This document shows positions 20,101 through 29,218 of a stretch of 64,000 nt of DNA, piece by piece. The translations under genes and the position numbers were made by a program. The DNA comes from a virus: positions 1 through 64,000 of the IMG/VR virus record IMGVR_UViG_3300031455_000001. One strand, given 5' to 3'. Under the pieces are notes generated by a model. It was given only the letters and a program-made list of their open reading frames with translations. It searched no databases and had not been told where the DNA came from. Every line of letters starts with the position of its first letter. Positions within the stretch are counted from its first letter, which is position 1.

Positions 20101-20580
20101 AAGCCTCCATATTGGAGACGCTAAACATGCAGAAGTCATAATAATATTGTCAGATGTTGATTTCAGCTCATCAAATGTAATTCTGGGGTTGTAATAAAAG
20201 TGACCATCTTCTTTTTTGTATGAGTTTGAAGTTAGTTGGTTTATTTCTTTTACTCCATCATAATTTTTGCCTATCAGCATATAGTGAAAATTGTCTCGTC
20301 CCAGAATCAGCTTTCCAGAGTCATGATCTTTCGAGATGTTTTTGGTAAGATAGATCTCATTAGCGTGTATGTATTTCATTCCTGCTTTTTCAATCGTCTG
20401 TTTCTTCCTTATCCAATTTATAACATTTCCGTGCTCAGATATAGCCATAGACCTCATACCAAGCTCTTCTGCTCGTTCCACGTAGTCTTGGTATTTTGTA
20501 ATTGAGTCTGCACTGGTTCCAGCGGTAAGATTCGATATGTCAGAGTGAAGATGGTAAATAGTGTAATTATCATTGTTCAT
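17119..20580 (-). CDS. dnaE: DNA polymerase III alpha subunit (family C)
   Basis: PHP motifs (HLHSD, SEHG, TDTH), GRGS, PDIDIDF catalytic motif, KLDILG, VFQEQIM. Confidence 0.95.
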   Translation of the reverse strand: MNNDNYTIYHLHSDISNLTAGTSADSITKYQDYVERAEELGMRSMAISEHGNVINWIRKKQTIEKAGMKYIHANEIYLTKNISKDHDSGKLILGRDNFHYMLIGKNYDGVKEINQLTSNSYKKEDGHFYYNPRITFDELKSTSDNIIMTSACLASPIWRLYNKAYNQTTLNTVDVYAKRELEDLLNWMESNKHRMFFEIQYHNHPQQIAFNQLLLNLSSDLKIPLIAGTDTHSLNDDHARARSVFLKSKGANYGDEGVFDLTMKSYDELVEKFKDQNALPRNIYLEAIHNTNVMADMVEEFELDKTPKYPKMYDKPIEVFQKLINEGVKKRGIDKFEKKKRKEYFSRIKEEFDTYVKLDTIDYMLLQKNIIDWCHTQEIYQGYGRGSVNGSLIAYVLGITEMDSIKHKLNFFRFLNPDRISLPDIDIDFPVTRRQEVIDYLASLDGIDFAEIITLNTKALKGSIRLVGKGLDMPLNVVDEISKAVESFDGKDRIDDKWRKKYPELFEYVDLMNGVVESMGSHPSGFVVSPIDLDTHVSTVYTKESKYRVTAVNMKELDGENYVKLDILGVMNVEIVNEACRLSGIQRLTPDNMDTTDIDVWKSLRESTLGIFQIESESAHAYVKQLFSDDTLANIERNVGKVDYIDLLSMANGAIRPSGKSYRDQLARGATKDNGHVALDKLLSPTLGYLVFQEQIMNFLTEFCEHGGAEADSVRRGLSKKEGTEQFLPKIRDGFIKFMKENHNETEEHAELILESFLEVIHDASKYAFSVNHSSPYSYIGYAGAWLRYYYPLEFLTVALNLQDDKKEKTTSIMAYIKSKGYKVNPISFGNSRATYSFNKEEGSIYKGIASIAYLSAKVAEELYDLSQSKDYDKDDFVGLLIDIFETSINRNQMEILIRLDFFKKFGTKEALLEIYMTMSDNKKADTDKYPQFKEQTVEVREVVRKKVRSKKKKDKKTKHFTWKYYKSKKKKVLKRVKKAKSITKCLKIKRKEKIDKKLMKYSLSLKKDTRDERIKNIRAYEKAVRANPPKKIELYDQINFEKINLGYAISTFPEVDNSYAIVLDVNQKYTPLLTLYRINNGEEIKVKVAKKKFYTNDDGQFLYVGDVIKIASIEEKSGWKYVDGDYEKDESKKELHLNKCKVVRPSSRRQIS

Positions 20581-20595
20581 TCATATATTTCTCCT

Positions 20596-21102
20596 TTACT
20601 GTACTAACTCTTCTAATCTTTTTAACACAATTTGTCTGTCTTCTAGATATCTTTCATCTTTCCAAAGATCATGCATTTCTTTCAAGTCATTCATTGCATC
20701 TAAACATTTATCTACGGTTTCAATATGAGAATATAAAATAGTTTTGACAGGTTTCTGATTAAAAGCCTTATCAACTATTTTTTCTTTCTCGTACTTCATA
20801 TTCTCTTCACAGATAGTCATGTAGTCGGGCTTCCCAATCATTCCTTTAAATTCTCTTTCTTTCTGTATGTATGCCAATGTGTTTGTATTTTGTAGGCTAA
20901 ATCTTTTTGCTTTTAGAAGCATATTATTATGGTATGAAGATTTATATACTGTGTCCTTTGTGATTGGATATATCTGAATTAATTCATACTCATATTCAAC
21001 GTCATTTTTTAAATACCATTCACTAATATCTGCAACAATAAAGATGGCTTCACCACTTCCAATCGCTACGATATCTCCTATCCTAAATTTTTTCTTTTCC
21101 AA
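20596..21102 (-). CDS. Hypothetical phage protein
   Basis: 168-aa ORF, AGGAGAAAG RBS. Confidence 0.55.
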   Translation of the reverse strand: MEKKKFRIGDIVAIGSGEAIFIVADISEWYLKNDVEYEYELIQIYPITKDTVYKSSYHNNMLLKAKRFSLQNTNTLAYIQKEREFKGMIGKPDYMTICEENMKYEKEKIVDKAFNQKPVKTILYSHIETVDKCLDAMNDLKEMHDLWKDERYLEDRQIVLKRLEELVQ

Positions 21103-21173
21103 AATTTAACTTTCTCCTCCTTAAAGTAGAAACAACCTGTTATATATAATTATAACAGGTTTTCATTAAAAAA

Positions 21174-21779
21174 TCAATTTATATCATTATATTTTGCGTT
21201 AGAAGAGTTGATTTTTTCTGTATTGTAGCAAGATCTACACACGCTTTCATATATATCAGTATCCCCAATATGAATAGGATTGCCTTCAAATACGTATTTT
21301 TTATTTGACTTTCTAAGGTGATGAGTAGCCTTCTTTCCACATTTAACACAAGGGGATTTAAGCTCTCTTATGCTATCTGCCATCTCAACCATTCTTTTCG
21401 ACCCTTCAAACTGAAAGCCAAGATAATCCAATAGAAGACCATAGGCAAATACTGATATACCTAATTCATCAACAACCCTAGATAACTCCTCAACATTATT
21501 GTCAGATAAGAAATTAACCTCATCTACAAATACAAAGTCTGGGCGTTCATTCTTAATGTATTCAAATATGCTGAATGAATCATCTATAAGGATCGATTCA
21601 AGTCTTGTGTTTAATGCTCTTGATTTAACTACACCCGTATCCCTTGTGTCTAGTCTAGGTTTTAAAACCAACACCCTATTACCTTGTTCTCTTAAATTAT
21701 ATACTTGCATGATAATGTGAGCAGATTTTCCAGAGTTCATAACACTATGGTAAAAATATAATTTATTATTATTTGCCAT
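21174..21779 (-). CDS. tdk: Thymidine kinase
   Basis: MNSGKS P-loop, VDEVNF, YGL..DY...FEGS, CxxC..CxxC Zn site. Confidence 0.93.
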   Translation of the reverse strand: MANNNKLYFYHSVMNSGKSAHIIMQVYNLREQGNRVLVLKPRLDTRDTGVVKSRALNTRLESILIDDSFSIFEYIKNERPDFVFVDEVNFLSDNNVEELSRVVDELGISVFAYGLLLDYLGFQFEGSKRMVEMADSIRELKSPCVKCGKKATHHLRKSNKKYVFEGNPIHIGDTDIYESVCRSCYNTEKINSSNAKYNDIN

Positions 21780-21780
21780 T

Positions 21781-22629
21781 CTACTCTACCTCTTTTACCG
21801 AATAATTTACCACTTCTTTCATCTCATCTTCGAATGTTAAAAATGCAATGTCATCAGACACGTTATCTTCTTTAATAATATCCATCACATCACGCCTTGG
21901 AGATAGATAGTAATACTCATATGCAGACTCACGTGCATAGTCAAGCGCACTTTTCTCATCTTTAAACTCTAATACATCGGTATAGCTAAAATTCTCATCT
22001 TTGAATGATACATAGATTTCAAAAGTTTTTAATTTTAATTCCATATCTTTCACCTCACTATTCTCTTTTTCATATTCTTTTTTAATCTTGTGAAATGCCG
22101 ATAATAATTCTTTGTGTATTAAATCAGCACTTTGCTCATTTTTGCCAATCGTAAAATAATCATCCTCAATAATGTTTTCGAATACCATGTCATTAATGAA
22201 ATCTTGATATGTATGAAGTGTAAGATCTCTCATTTCCATAACAAGCATTGTTCTATCGATTCTTTTGATTGCGTCATAATCATTTGCCGTCATAGGCTCT
22301 AAGCCAAAATGATCCATGACAGCTCCTTCTACTTGCGCTTCGATATTTCTAAAATCTGGGATAATCTTTTTAAGAGGTGTTGGGCAATCTCCTACATAAG
22401 CTTCTGTGAAATCATGTACAAGCCAATACATTTTATGTCTTGCACTGTAGTTCATTTCTTCAGCAATAATCAAACCAATCAAAGTATGCTCTCCAACACT
22501 ATATGCACGTGATGAATGCCCTAGAAATCTGCTTATTCTAGAGATGGATTGCAAAATATCATCTAGATCAATGTCTTCTTTTGTTAAATTGTAGTAGCTA
22601 ATTTTATTCCCTTTGTATGTCACTAACAT
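21781..22629 (-). CDS. HD-domain 5'-deoxynucleotidase (YfbR/YfdR-like) with C-terminal extension
   Basis: RFLGH, YSVGEH, HDFTEAYVGDCPTPLK; GGAG RBS supports start at 22629. Confidence 0.8.
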   Translation of the reverse strand: MLVTYKGNKISYYNLTKEDIDLDDILQSISRISRFLGHSSRAYSVGEHTLIGLIIAEEMNYSARHKMYWLVHDFTEAYVGDCPTPLKKIIPDFRNIEAQVEGAVMDHFGLEPMTANDYDAIKRIDRTMLVMEMRDLTLHTYQDFINDMVFENIIEDDYFTIGKNEQSADLIHKELLSAFHKIKKEYEKENSEVKDMELKLKTFEIYVSFKDENFSYTDVLEFKDEKSALDYARESAYEYYYLSPRRDVMDIIKEDNVSDDIAFLTFEDEMKEVVNYSVKEVE

Positions 22630-22695
22630 TGAATCCACTCCTAATAAAAGTGACAGATAATAATATCCTGCCACTAATTTTGTTTTAATTTGTAT

Positions 22696-23313
22696 TTAAT
22701 TTGCTGATTCTGAAATTTCTGCCAACACTTGCTCGTATTCTTCAGCAGACACAATATCTAATTTCTTCTCTGGTTTTTTCAATACTTCATCTACAATACC
22801 CAACTTCTTAGCTTGCTTTGCAGACATAAAGAAATTCTTTTTCATTTTGCGAATTTCAGCTAGTTGAAATTCAGAAAGTTGAGTTCTTTCATACATCAAA
22901 CTGTCATACATACGTTGTAGCAGATCACATTCAACTTGTGCATCTTCATGCTCAGTAATATGACCCATCATCCCATAAGAAATAGAATGATACATATATC
23001 TAGTATGTCGTGCGGAAATTCTAATGTCACCAGCAATGAAAATGGCTAGAGCCATTGAAGCAACTTGACCCATTCCATATGTGATAATAGGCGTGTCAGA
23101 TGCTTCCATTGCCCCGATAATTGCAAACCCATCTGTGACACTCCCTCCATTAGAATTAATGATCAGCTCAATGGGTTCTGGCTCATACCCTACCAATGCA
23201 TTTTTTCTATCAAAATCATACTGGTTGATATCCATGATGTGACTGATAACCGCACCAGCAACATCATGATTGATCTCTGTCGAAATAATAATACTTCTGC
23301 TAAAATCCTTCAT
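22696..23313 (-). CDS. clpP: ClpP-like protease subunit (paralog 1; triad Asp replaced by Asn)
   Basis: INSNGGSV, VASMA (Ser), YMYH (His), KNFFMSA, GIVDEV. Confidence 0.85.
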   Translation of the reverse strand: MKDFSRSIIISTEINHDVAGAVISHIMDINQYDFDRKNALVGYEPEPIELIINSNGGSVTDGFAIIGAMEASDTPIITYGMGQVASMALAIFIAGDIRISARHTRYMYHSISYGMMGHITEHEDAQVECDLLQRMYDSLMYERTQLSEFQLAEIRKMKKNFFMSAKQAKKLGIVDEVLKKPEKKLDIVSAEEYEQVLAEISESAN

Positions 23314-23326
23314 TCAACAAACACTC

Positions 23327-23896
23327 CTATTCCTCTGAAATATCCACTTTTTCTTCTTGTGTTTGCTGTTTTTCTTGCTCTTGTTTAGCCAATTGTTCTC
23401 TAGATAGAGATCTCTCATATGTAGCAAATGTAAAAGAATGCTTATGTTTTTTATCTTCTTCATTTTTTTGTGCATTGACTAATTTCCATTCCCTAATGTC
23501 TATTTCTGGGAAAAATGTTCTTGCGCTTATCTCAATTGCGTGAACATGAGTAATAATTAACTTATCAGCAATTGGCATGAACTGCTTATAAATTTCTCCT
23601 CCACCAATAATGTAAACATCTTTATCTTTTGAGAGTTCCAAGACTTCATCTATAGAATGTAAAACTTTTGTCCGTCCTGTAATTGCATAGTCTCTATCAT
23701 TAGATAATACATAGTTCTTTCTTTTAGGTAGAGGTTTCACTGGTAAAGACTCCCAAGTTTTTCTACCCATGACAACATGCTTTCCACTTGTTGTGCTTTT
23801 GAAATGCTTTAAATCTTTTGGTAAATCGAATAGTAATTCGCCTCTGGCATTACCAATTCCCCAATTCATATCTGTCACAGCAACCATAATAATCAT
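23327..23896 (-). CDS. folA: Dihydrofolate reductase
   Basis: LPKDLKHFK, VMGRKTWESL, PLPKRKN, IIGGGEIY. Confidence 0.95.
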   Translation of the reverse strand: MIIMVAVTDMNWGIGNARGELLFDLPKDLKHFKSTTSGKHVVMGRKTWESLPVKPLPKRKNYVLSNDRDYAITGRTKVLHSIDEVLELSKDKDVYIIGGGEIYKQFMPIADKLIITHVHAIEISARTFFPEIDIREWKLVNAQKNEEDKKHKHSFTFATYERSLSREQLAKQEQEKQQTQEEKVDISEE

Positions 23897-23909
23897 CTAA
23901 TTTTCCTTT

Positions 23910-24365
23910 CTATTTCCAAAATTGATACCACTTTTTATTAGGTTCTGAGTTTTCTTTCTCTCTTTGTTTTCTTTCTTCTTTTAATTCTTCTTCAGCACAT
24001 TTATAATCGTGCATTTTTTCTTTAAATCTTTTTTCGGCTGAAACTTTTGATTCAATGGTTTTTTGCGTTTCAAGCTCTTTAAGGTAATCGGTATAATACA
24101 GATACTCACCGCTTGTACTTCTTACGACTTTTTTAACTCTGGTTGTTATTTCTAAATCTTCTATAAAAACAATCTCATTAATTTTAAAAGGAGGATTGTC
24201 AAAGTCACAAACATGCAACTTGATTTCCCTGCGTGTTGTTTCGTCAAAAGTTTTATTAATGAAGGGTTTATCATAAGGATTTTTTCTATGGTAATAATTG
24301 GGGTAAAATGAAACAACGTGGCGAATTTCGACCTCTTCACCAAAAAATACTGCTTTATGAGTCAT
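23910..24365 (-). CDS. Hypothetical protein (ends KKWYQFWK)
   Basis: ORF with GGAGG RBS coupled to thyA. Confidence 0.55.
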   Translation of the reverse strand: MTHKAVFFGEEVEIRHVVSFYPNYYHRKNPYDKPFINKTFDETTRREIKLHVCDFDNPPFKINEIVFIEDLEITTRVKKVVRSTSGEYLYYTDYLKELETQKTIESKVSAEKRFKEKMHDYKCAEEELKEERKQREKENSEPNKKWYQFWK

Positions 24366-24366
24366 A

Positions 24367-25275
24367 TTAGATAGCTACCTCCATATTTATCTTTTCTCCA
24401 TATTTGTAATTAATCAATTTAAAATCATCAATTGTAAAATCATAAAAATCTTTCACATCTGGATTAATCCAAAGGGTAGGAGCTTCATATGTATTCCTTG
24501 ATGTTTGTTCTTGCAAAGGTTCGAAGTGACGATCATAAACATGTGCATCACCAATGTTAAATATGTATTCGCCAAGCTCATATCCTGTCACTTGTGCGAT
24601 CATTCTCTGCAAAACATTATACTGAAATACATTAAATGGATTTCCTAATGCCATATCATTCGAGCGACAACGCACTTCTAGGCTTAGTTTGTTTTGTTTG
24701 ACATACCATTGAGTCTCATATACGCAAGGGGTCAGAGCCATGTGATCTAAATCATCTGGATTCCAGAGAGTGCTGATGTGTCTGCGAGAAGCAGGATTAT
24801 GTTTAAGTTGATATAGAAGATAATCAACTTGATCAACTGTGAAATATGATTTTCTCCAACGTAAATGAAATTTCCCATTTGGCATTGAATCTGAATCCCA
24901 AACAGTATCTTTAGTCCACACTAACTTTCTATTTTTCTTACCGAGTTGATAGCCGTAAGCCTTGCCAATTGTTCCATCTGGAAACTCCCACTGATTCCAG
25001 ATATTTACTCCCATATCACGAAGGTCTTGAACCTTATTAGATTTCATTTGCCAAATCCAAAGAAGTTCTTTAATAGCTGTTTTCCATGCCACAAACTTTG
25101 TTGTTAGTATAGGTACTTCTGAGTTATCAAATCTAAATTGCTGTGAGATAATCGACTTTGTATGAGCAGGAGTTCCATCTGTCCATACTGTTCTGACTTT
25201 TTCATTTTCATCTGATATTCCATTTTGTAGAATGTCAGAAATAATCTGATTGTATTGCAAATCTGCTTGACTCAT
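24367..25275 (-). CDS. thyA: Thymidylate synthase
   Basis: PILTTK, AYGYQ, SRRH, LTPC, RSNDMALGNPFN, GDAHVY. Confidence 0.96.
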   Translation of the reverse strand: MSQADLQYNQIISDILQNGISDENEKVRTVWTDGTPAHTKSIISQQFRFDNSEVPILTTKFVAWKTAIKELLWIWQMKSNKVQDLRDMGVNIWNQWEFPDGTIGKAYGYQLGKKNRKLVWTKDTVWDSDSMPNGKFHLRWRKSYFTVDQVDYLLYQLKHNPASRRHISTLWNPDDLDHMALTPCVYETQWYVKQNKLSLEVRCRSNDMALGNPFNVFQYNVLQRMIAQVTGYELGEYIFNIGDAHVYDRHFEPLQEQTSRNTYEAPTLWINPDVKDFYDFTIDDFKLINYKYGEKINMEVAI

Positions 25276-25547
25276 TATTTTTTATCCTTAATTCTTTTTT
25301 CTAATTTATCATTAAATGAATCTAAATTCTTGCTCAATGAATCTAAAACATCAAAAGTCTTGTCTTTACGTGAACTTAAAAGTAATGCAAGTTGCTTTAA
25401 AGCACCGAAAACACCAAATAAGAAATAGTATCCCGATGTAGAAAGCTCTTTGTTAAAAACTTCTAACATTCCCTGCATAACCACAGCGTCAAATCCAAAG
25501 AGACTCAAAATCAATCCACCTAATAATGAAAGAGTAATTGCTAACAT
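25275..25547 (-). CDS. Small membrane protein
   Basis: Two hydrophobic segments; translationally coupled. Confidence 0.55.
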   Translation of the reverse strand: MLAITLSLLGGLILSLFGFDAVVMQGMLEVFNKELSTSGYYFLFGVFGALKQLALLLSSRKDKTFDVLDSLSKNLDSFNDKLEKRIKDKK

Positions 25548-25936
25548 TATACTTTACCTCCTCTATCCCGCACTGCGTAAATACTCACTTTTCTATTTGT
25601 AAATTCACAGGTCTTTTTCCCTACGACTTTAACTAATCCACGTTCAAACAATTCTTTCAATCGTGGATGTACGCTGTTTCGTTCTGGAGTTGCAACCTGA
25701 CCCATTCTATACAAATACACTGAAAGCTCTTTTGCTGTTGAACCATTACCACCGTTATATGTTGAAAGAGTTAAGTAAACCAACTTCTGTCGCTCTCCAA
25801 GACCAGCAATAATACGCTCATCTTCAGTGCTAACAATTTTCTCCTGCTTAACTTCGCTCTTTTTAGCTACTACCTTTTCTTCTTTTTCCTCAACTTGAGA
25901 AAATTTAAATCTTGGCAAAACCTTAGTAATATCCAC
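25547..25936 (-). CDS. Winged-helix DNA-binding protein
   Basis: TAKELS...ERNSVHPRLKEL..RGLVKVVGK. Confidence 0.7.
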   Translation of the reverse strand: MDITKVLPRFKFSQVEEKEEKVVAKKSEVKQEKIVSTEDERIIAGLGERQKLVYLTLSTYNGGNGSTAKELSVYLYRMGQVATPERNSVHPRLKELFERGLVKVVGKKTCEFTNRKVSIYAVRDRGGKV

Positions 25937-25947
25937 TCAATCATCTC

Positions 25948-26412
25948 CTAATCTTCTGGTAAGTATTCCCAATTTACTTTCAACACATGAGAATCTTTTA
26001 TAATGTGTTCATTTCCACAATCCTTACAATATATTGTGTCGTCATCTACTTCATTTACTTTTTTACTACTGCAAGATGGACACTCCCCTAAATTAAATGA
26101 TCCGTCAATCCTAGTAAATTCATTAGCAGAAGTAGCTCTGTCCTTCAGTGATTGACCAAATTTCTCACAAGCCTTCTTAACTGTGTTCACGTTGATGTCT
26201 AGTTCACTTGCAATTGCACTTCTCGGCACTCCATTGATATCTCTCTCTGCAATAGTCTTCTTGAAATCATCTGTGAACGTTCTTTTATTGCGATTATCTT
26301 CTTTATATGTAATGAGAATATTTTTAACGTTTGTATATGTTGTGTTGAATTTTTCTGTAATTGTAGTTAATTCTTTACCATCCATGTACGCCTCTAGAAT
26401 TTCTTCCTTCAA
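25948..26412 (-). CDS. HTH + Zn-ribbon protein
   Basis: Two HTH-like segments and CPSC...CKDC. Confidence 0.6.
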   Translation of the reverse strand: MKEEILEAYMDGKELTTITEKFNTTYTNVKNILITYKEDNRNKRTFTDDFKKTIAERDINGVPRSAIASELDINVNTVKKACEKFGQSLKDRATSANEFTRIDGSFNLGECPSCSSKKVNEVDDDTIYCKDCGNEHIIKDSHVLKVNWEYLPED

Positions 26413-26496
26413 TACATAATCTCCTTTCTGTTTTATACTATAATATTTTGTATTTGTTAAATTCTACTTTCTTTCATGTTTTCACTTAAACTTCAA

Positions 26497-26512
26497 TGTT
26501 TCACGTGAAACA
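26497..26512. promoter_or_regulatory. parS: parS site (ParB/Spo0J-binding palindrome)
   Basis: TGTTTCACGTGAAACA, perfect consensus, intergenic. Confidence 0.93.
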
Positions 26513-26523
26513 ATTTAATCTTC

Positions 26524-26895
26524 TTATTTTAAATATTCTAGCTCTGCTAGTTCGTCTGGAATATAAATATCAAAAATCGTATCATTCCAATATCTCTTAC
26601 TAGCAATATCAGCATTGTACTCAGCTATTTTCTGAGCAATCGTTGCTCTTTCGTACTCACTGAGATCTTGCGATCTACTTTCTTCATAACTTTCTTTGAG
26701 TGCATGATATCTTTCTACTTCTGCCAAGCCGCCATAATACATAAATGGTAATGGCATCAATAAGCTTAGAAGAGCAAGCGTTGAGATAGTAAACGATAAA
26801 ATTGCTAAATTGCTAAGATCATTGCGTTCCATCCATACATAAGAAGCGACAGTAGACAGTGTTAATAAGGTGATCAAGATTGCAAATGACAGCAT
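26524..26895 (-). CDS. Two-TM membrane protein flanked by parS sites
   Basis: Hydrophobic N-terminus, AGGAG RBS. Confidence 0.65.
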   Translation of the reverse strand: MLSFAILITLLTLSTVASYVWMERNDLSNLAILSFTISTLALLSLLMPLPFMYYGGLAEVERYHALKESYEESRSQDLSEYERATIAQKIAEYNADIASKRYWNDTIFDIYIPDELAELEYLK

Positions 26896-26926
26896 ATTAT
26901 ATTCTCCTTTTGATTAATGTTTTTAT

Positions 26927-26942
26927 TGTTTCACGTGAAACA
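26927..26942. promoter_or_regulatory. parS: parS site
   Basis: TGTTTCACGTGAAACA, perfect, intergenic. Confidence 0.93.
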
Positions 26943-27089
26943 TTTATTACTATTCTTCACAACTAGACACTTGCGAAGCATTTAAGGTGTTTAAATCATA
27001 ATCTGTGTGAGCCAGCACCGCTTTAGCTAAAATAAAACCGTTATCAATACGACTTCCAACATATCAAAACCCCTTTCTTGTATAAATTA

Positions 27090-27118
27090 ATTATATCATT
27101 ATTTTATGCTTTTGTAAA
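27090..27118 (-). promoter_or_regulatory. sigA-type promoter
   Basis: TTTACA-17-TATAAT with extended -10. Confidence 0.7.
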
Positions 27119-27125
27119 GTATTAT

Positions 27126-27614
27126 TTAAACTCGGTCTGCATTTTTATTTATCTCTACCTTGAGAATACCCTGATCTAAACAAACGTTATAAGACATATA
27201 ACTATTATTCCATTGATCTTCATCGTTCCAAGGTACATATATCGATGCTAAACTTTTATTTTCACTATCTAGAATATCAATAGATGCGATATCATTACAA
27301 TTAAGTATTCTCCCCAATATTTCTGGGCGGTCTTCTACGTTATTACTCAACGGGTTTCCTACATACATACCAAGAGGCTCATCATATTTTGATGGATTAT
27401 AATTAAGATCTTCTGCATCGTCAAAAATGATAGAAAAGGAGATATAATCTGTTTCATACACATTTTTGTCGATGTAGTTTTTGCCATAAAAAGAGGCTTC
27501 CCTTAGTGTGCCAGCATCAAAACTGTAAAATCTGTCAATAGGGATTGTTATTGATTCTACATTCTCAAATACAATATCTATATATTTGACTTCAGCTTTT
27601 ATATTTTCAAACAT
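27126..27614 (-). CDS. Hypothetical protein
   Basis: ATG at 27614 with GGGGTGGT RBS; the longer track start overlaps another ORF. Confidence 0.6.
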   Translation of the reverse strand: MFENIKAEVKYIDIVFENVESITIPIDRFYSFDAGTLREASFYGKNYIDKNVYETDYISFSIIFDDAEDLNYNPSKYDEPLGMYVGNPLSNNVEDRPEILGRILNCNDIASIDILDSENKSLASIYVPWNDEDQWNNSYMSYNVCLDQGILKVEINKNADRV

Positions 27615-27624
27615 AATACCACCC

Positions 27625-27792
27625 CTATTCAGTCCATTCATATGCATCAATGAATAGTTCATGATTTTTATTTTCACAATACTCTTCTGGATCACACAAA
27701 TAAGATTGTGAAAACTTGTTCGGAGTACCGACAAATCTTAAGCAAAGCTCTTTCAATTCGCATTTTTCGTTTTTACACATTGCAATATCCAT
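27625..27792 (-). CDS. 55-aa Cys-rich protein (not in ORF track)
   Basis: MDIAMCKNEKCELKELCLRF...; fits between neighbouring genes. Confidence 0.55.
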   Translation of the reverse strand: MDIAMCKNEKCELKELCLRFVGTPNKFSQSYLCDPEEYCENKNHELFIDAYEWTE

Positions 27793-27805
27793 TGTTTACA
27801 CGCCC

Positions 27806-28159
27806 TTAATTTTCATCTATTTGTTCAAAACTTACTGATTCTGAATAATAACCATTTGAGGAGCCATACCAGCGAATAGTGACATATCCCTTTACTGTAG
27901 CAAGCTTGTAGAAAGTCCATGTGGTGCTACCCCAATCATCCTCTTTTTGCTCAGCAGACACCTCAGCCATTGTAATAGGACTTCCGATTAAATCGTCTAA
28001 ATCACCTGCGATATCTTCAACCCATACTGATTCACAACAGTCTTGATAGTGATACATCCTATAGGCTTCACCAGACGATGTGTAAAAGTATAACTCATCT
28101 GAATCAACCTCTTCTATCTTAGTTAGCGTCTTATTCATTAGCTCTTCAAAATAACTCAA
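27806..28159 (-). CDS. Conserved phage hypothetical protein
   Basis: [32 protein letters not shown] motifs. Confidence 0.7.
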   Translation of the reverse strand: MSYFEELMNKTLTKIEEVDSDELYFYTSSGEAYRMYHYQDCCESVWVEDIAGDLDDLIGSPITMAEVSAEQKEDDWGSTTWTFYKLATVKGYVTIRWYGSSNGYYSESVSFEQIDEN

Positions 28160-28211
28160 ACCACATCATCTCCCGTATTGTTTGTCGACTCACTCTGCAA
28201 GAGACATGTGA

Positions 28212-28828
28212 TCAATAATCTTCTTGCTCGCCTTTTAATTCTTTTCTGATATGCCTATTCAATTCTATGTCTATGTTGACTGTTCTCACGTTTCTTTCTT
28301 TTAGTTTTTCTATACCAGCGGTTAATGATTTTTTCATATCTTCTAAAATTTCAACATCATCTTTATCAAATGCTTGCCTCGCACCAATCATTCTACCACT
28401 ATCCAATACCCATCACTAATAGCGTCTTCAGCCCCTTTAAGTGAGTATCTAGCAGGAACACACATTGGATCATCCTCACTCACCCATGTTACTTCATATT
28501 CGTCATTCTTTAATTCTGCGTGAAAAGTAATTTTTTTATCAATTTCGCTATATAAAATATTATCAGACAATCTAAAACTAAATTTTTCTTTCATATTTTC
28601 ACCTCTCTGTAGAAAAGATTCATTTTATCTAAAACTTAAATTAACTATCGTATATCTTACAAGGGTATTAATGTCTACCATTACCTTGTCAATATTGTTC
28701 ACAAACACTAGTAATCCTGTTTCAACATCTTCTTCATCAATTATGTTACGAATATACTCTCCTTCTTTAATACAGATTGTTTGATTTTTTAGAGTATCTT
28801 GTGCAATGCCTGTAAAATACCTTCTCAT
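28212..28828 (-). other. Three small hypothetical ORFs (28212-~28391, 28388-28594, 28625-28828)
   Basis: Tightly packed co-oriented ORFs; RBS before the 28594 and 28828 starts. Confidence 0.55.
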
Positions 28829-28830
28829 GT

Positions 28831-29193
28831 TTATTCCTCCTGATCTTTGTATAGCTGTAACCTCTTGATATATTGCTTTGCTTCTGATCTTTTCATTGGT
28901 GGCAACCCAACCACTGTCAGAGAATCTTTTGGAATTTCAGTCAATCCACTATCATAAATCGCATAAAATTTTTCAGCTAACTTTTCCAAATCTTTCTGTT
29001 TGCCTTGTAGGATAATTTTCTTTTGTCCATTATGTCTCCAAAACCAAAAATTCATATCATCACCATAATTGGTTAAAGTTACAGCAATGTCTGTAGCCAC
29101 ATGAGCAACTTGTGCAGAGGTTTTACCTGTAGACATTTCTAAATCTTTATTAACTACTATGTATTGCACGATTTCATCATTCATGTTTATCAC
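28831..29193 (-). CDS. Peptidyl-tRNA hydrolase, Pth2 family
   Basis: VVNKDLEMSTGKTSAQVAH, QKKIIL, DSGLTEI..SLTVVGL. Confidence 0.88.
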   Translation of the reverse strand: MINMNDEIVQYIVVNKDLEMSTGKTSAQVAHVATDIAVTLTNYGDDMNFWFWRHNGQKKIILQGKQKDLEKLAEKFYAIYDSGLTEIPKDSLTVVGLPPMKRSEAKQYIKRLQLYKDQEE

Positions 29194-29218
29194 CTCTTAT
29201 TTTTTTGAAACTTATATT

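Noticed and set aside
21781-25275. DNA base-modification pathway (Z-genome or hydroxymethyl pyrimidine)
   Set aside because: ThyA has the canonical dUMP-specifying Asn (PFN), and no purZ, dCMP deaminase or glycosyltransferase is seen in the window
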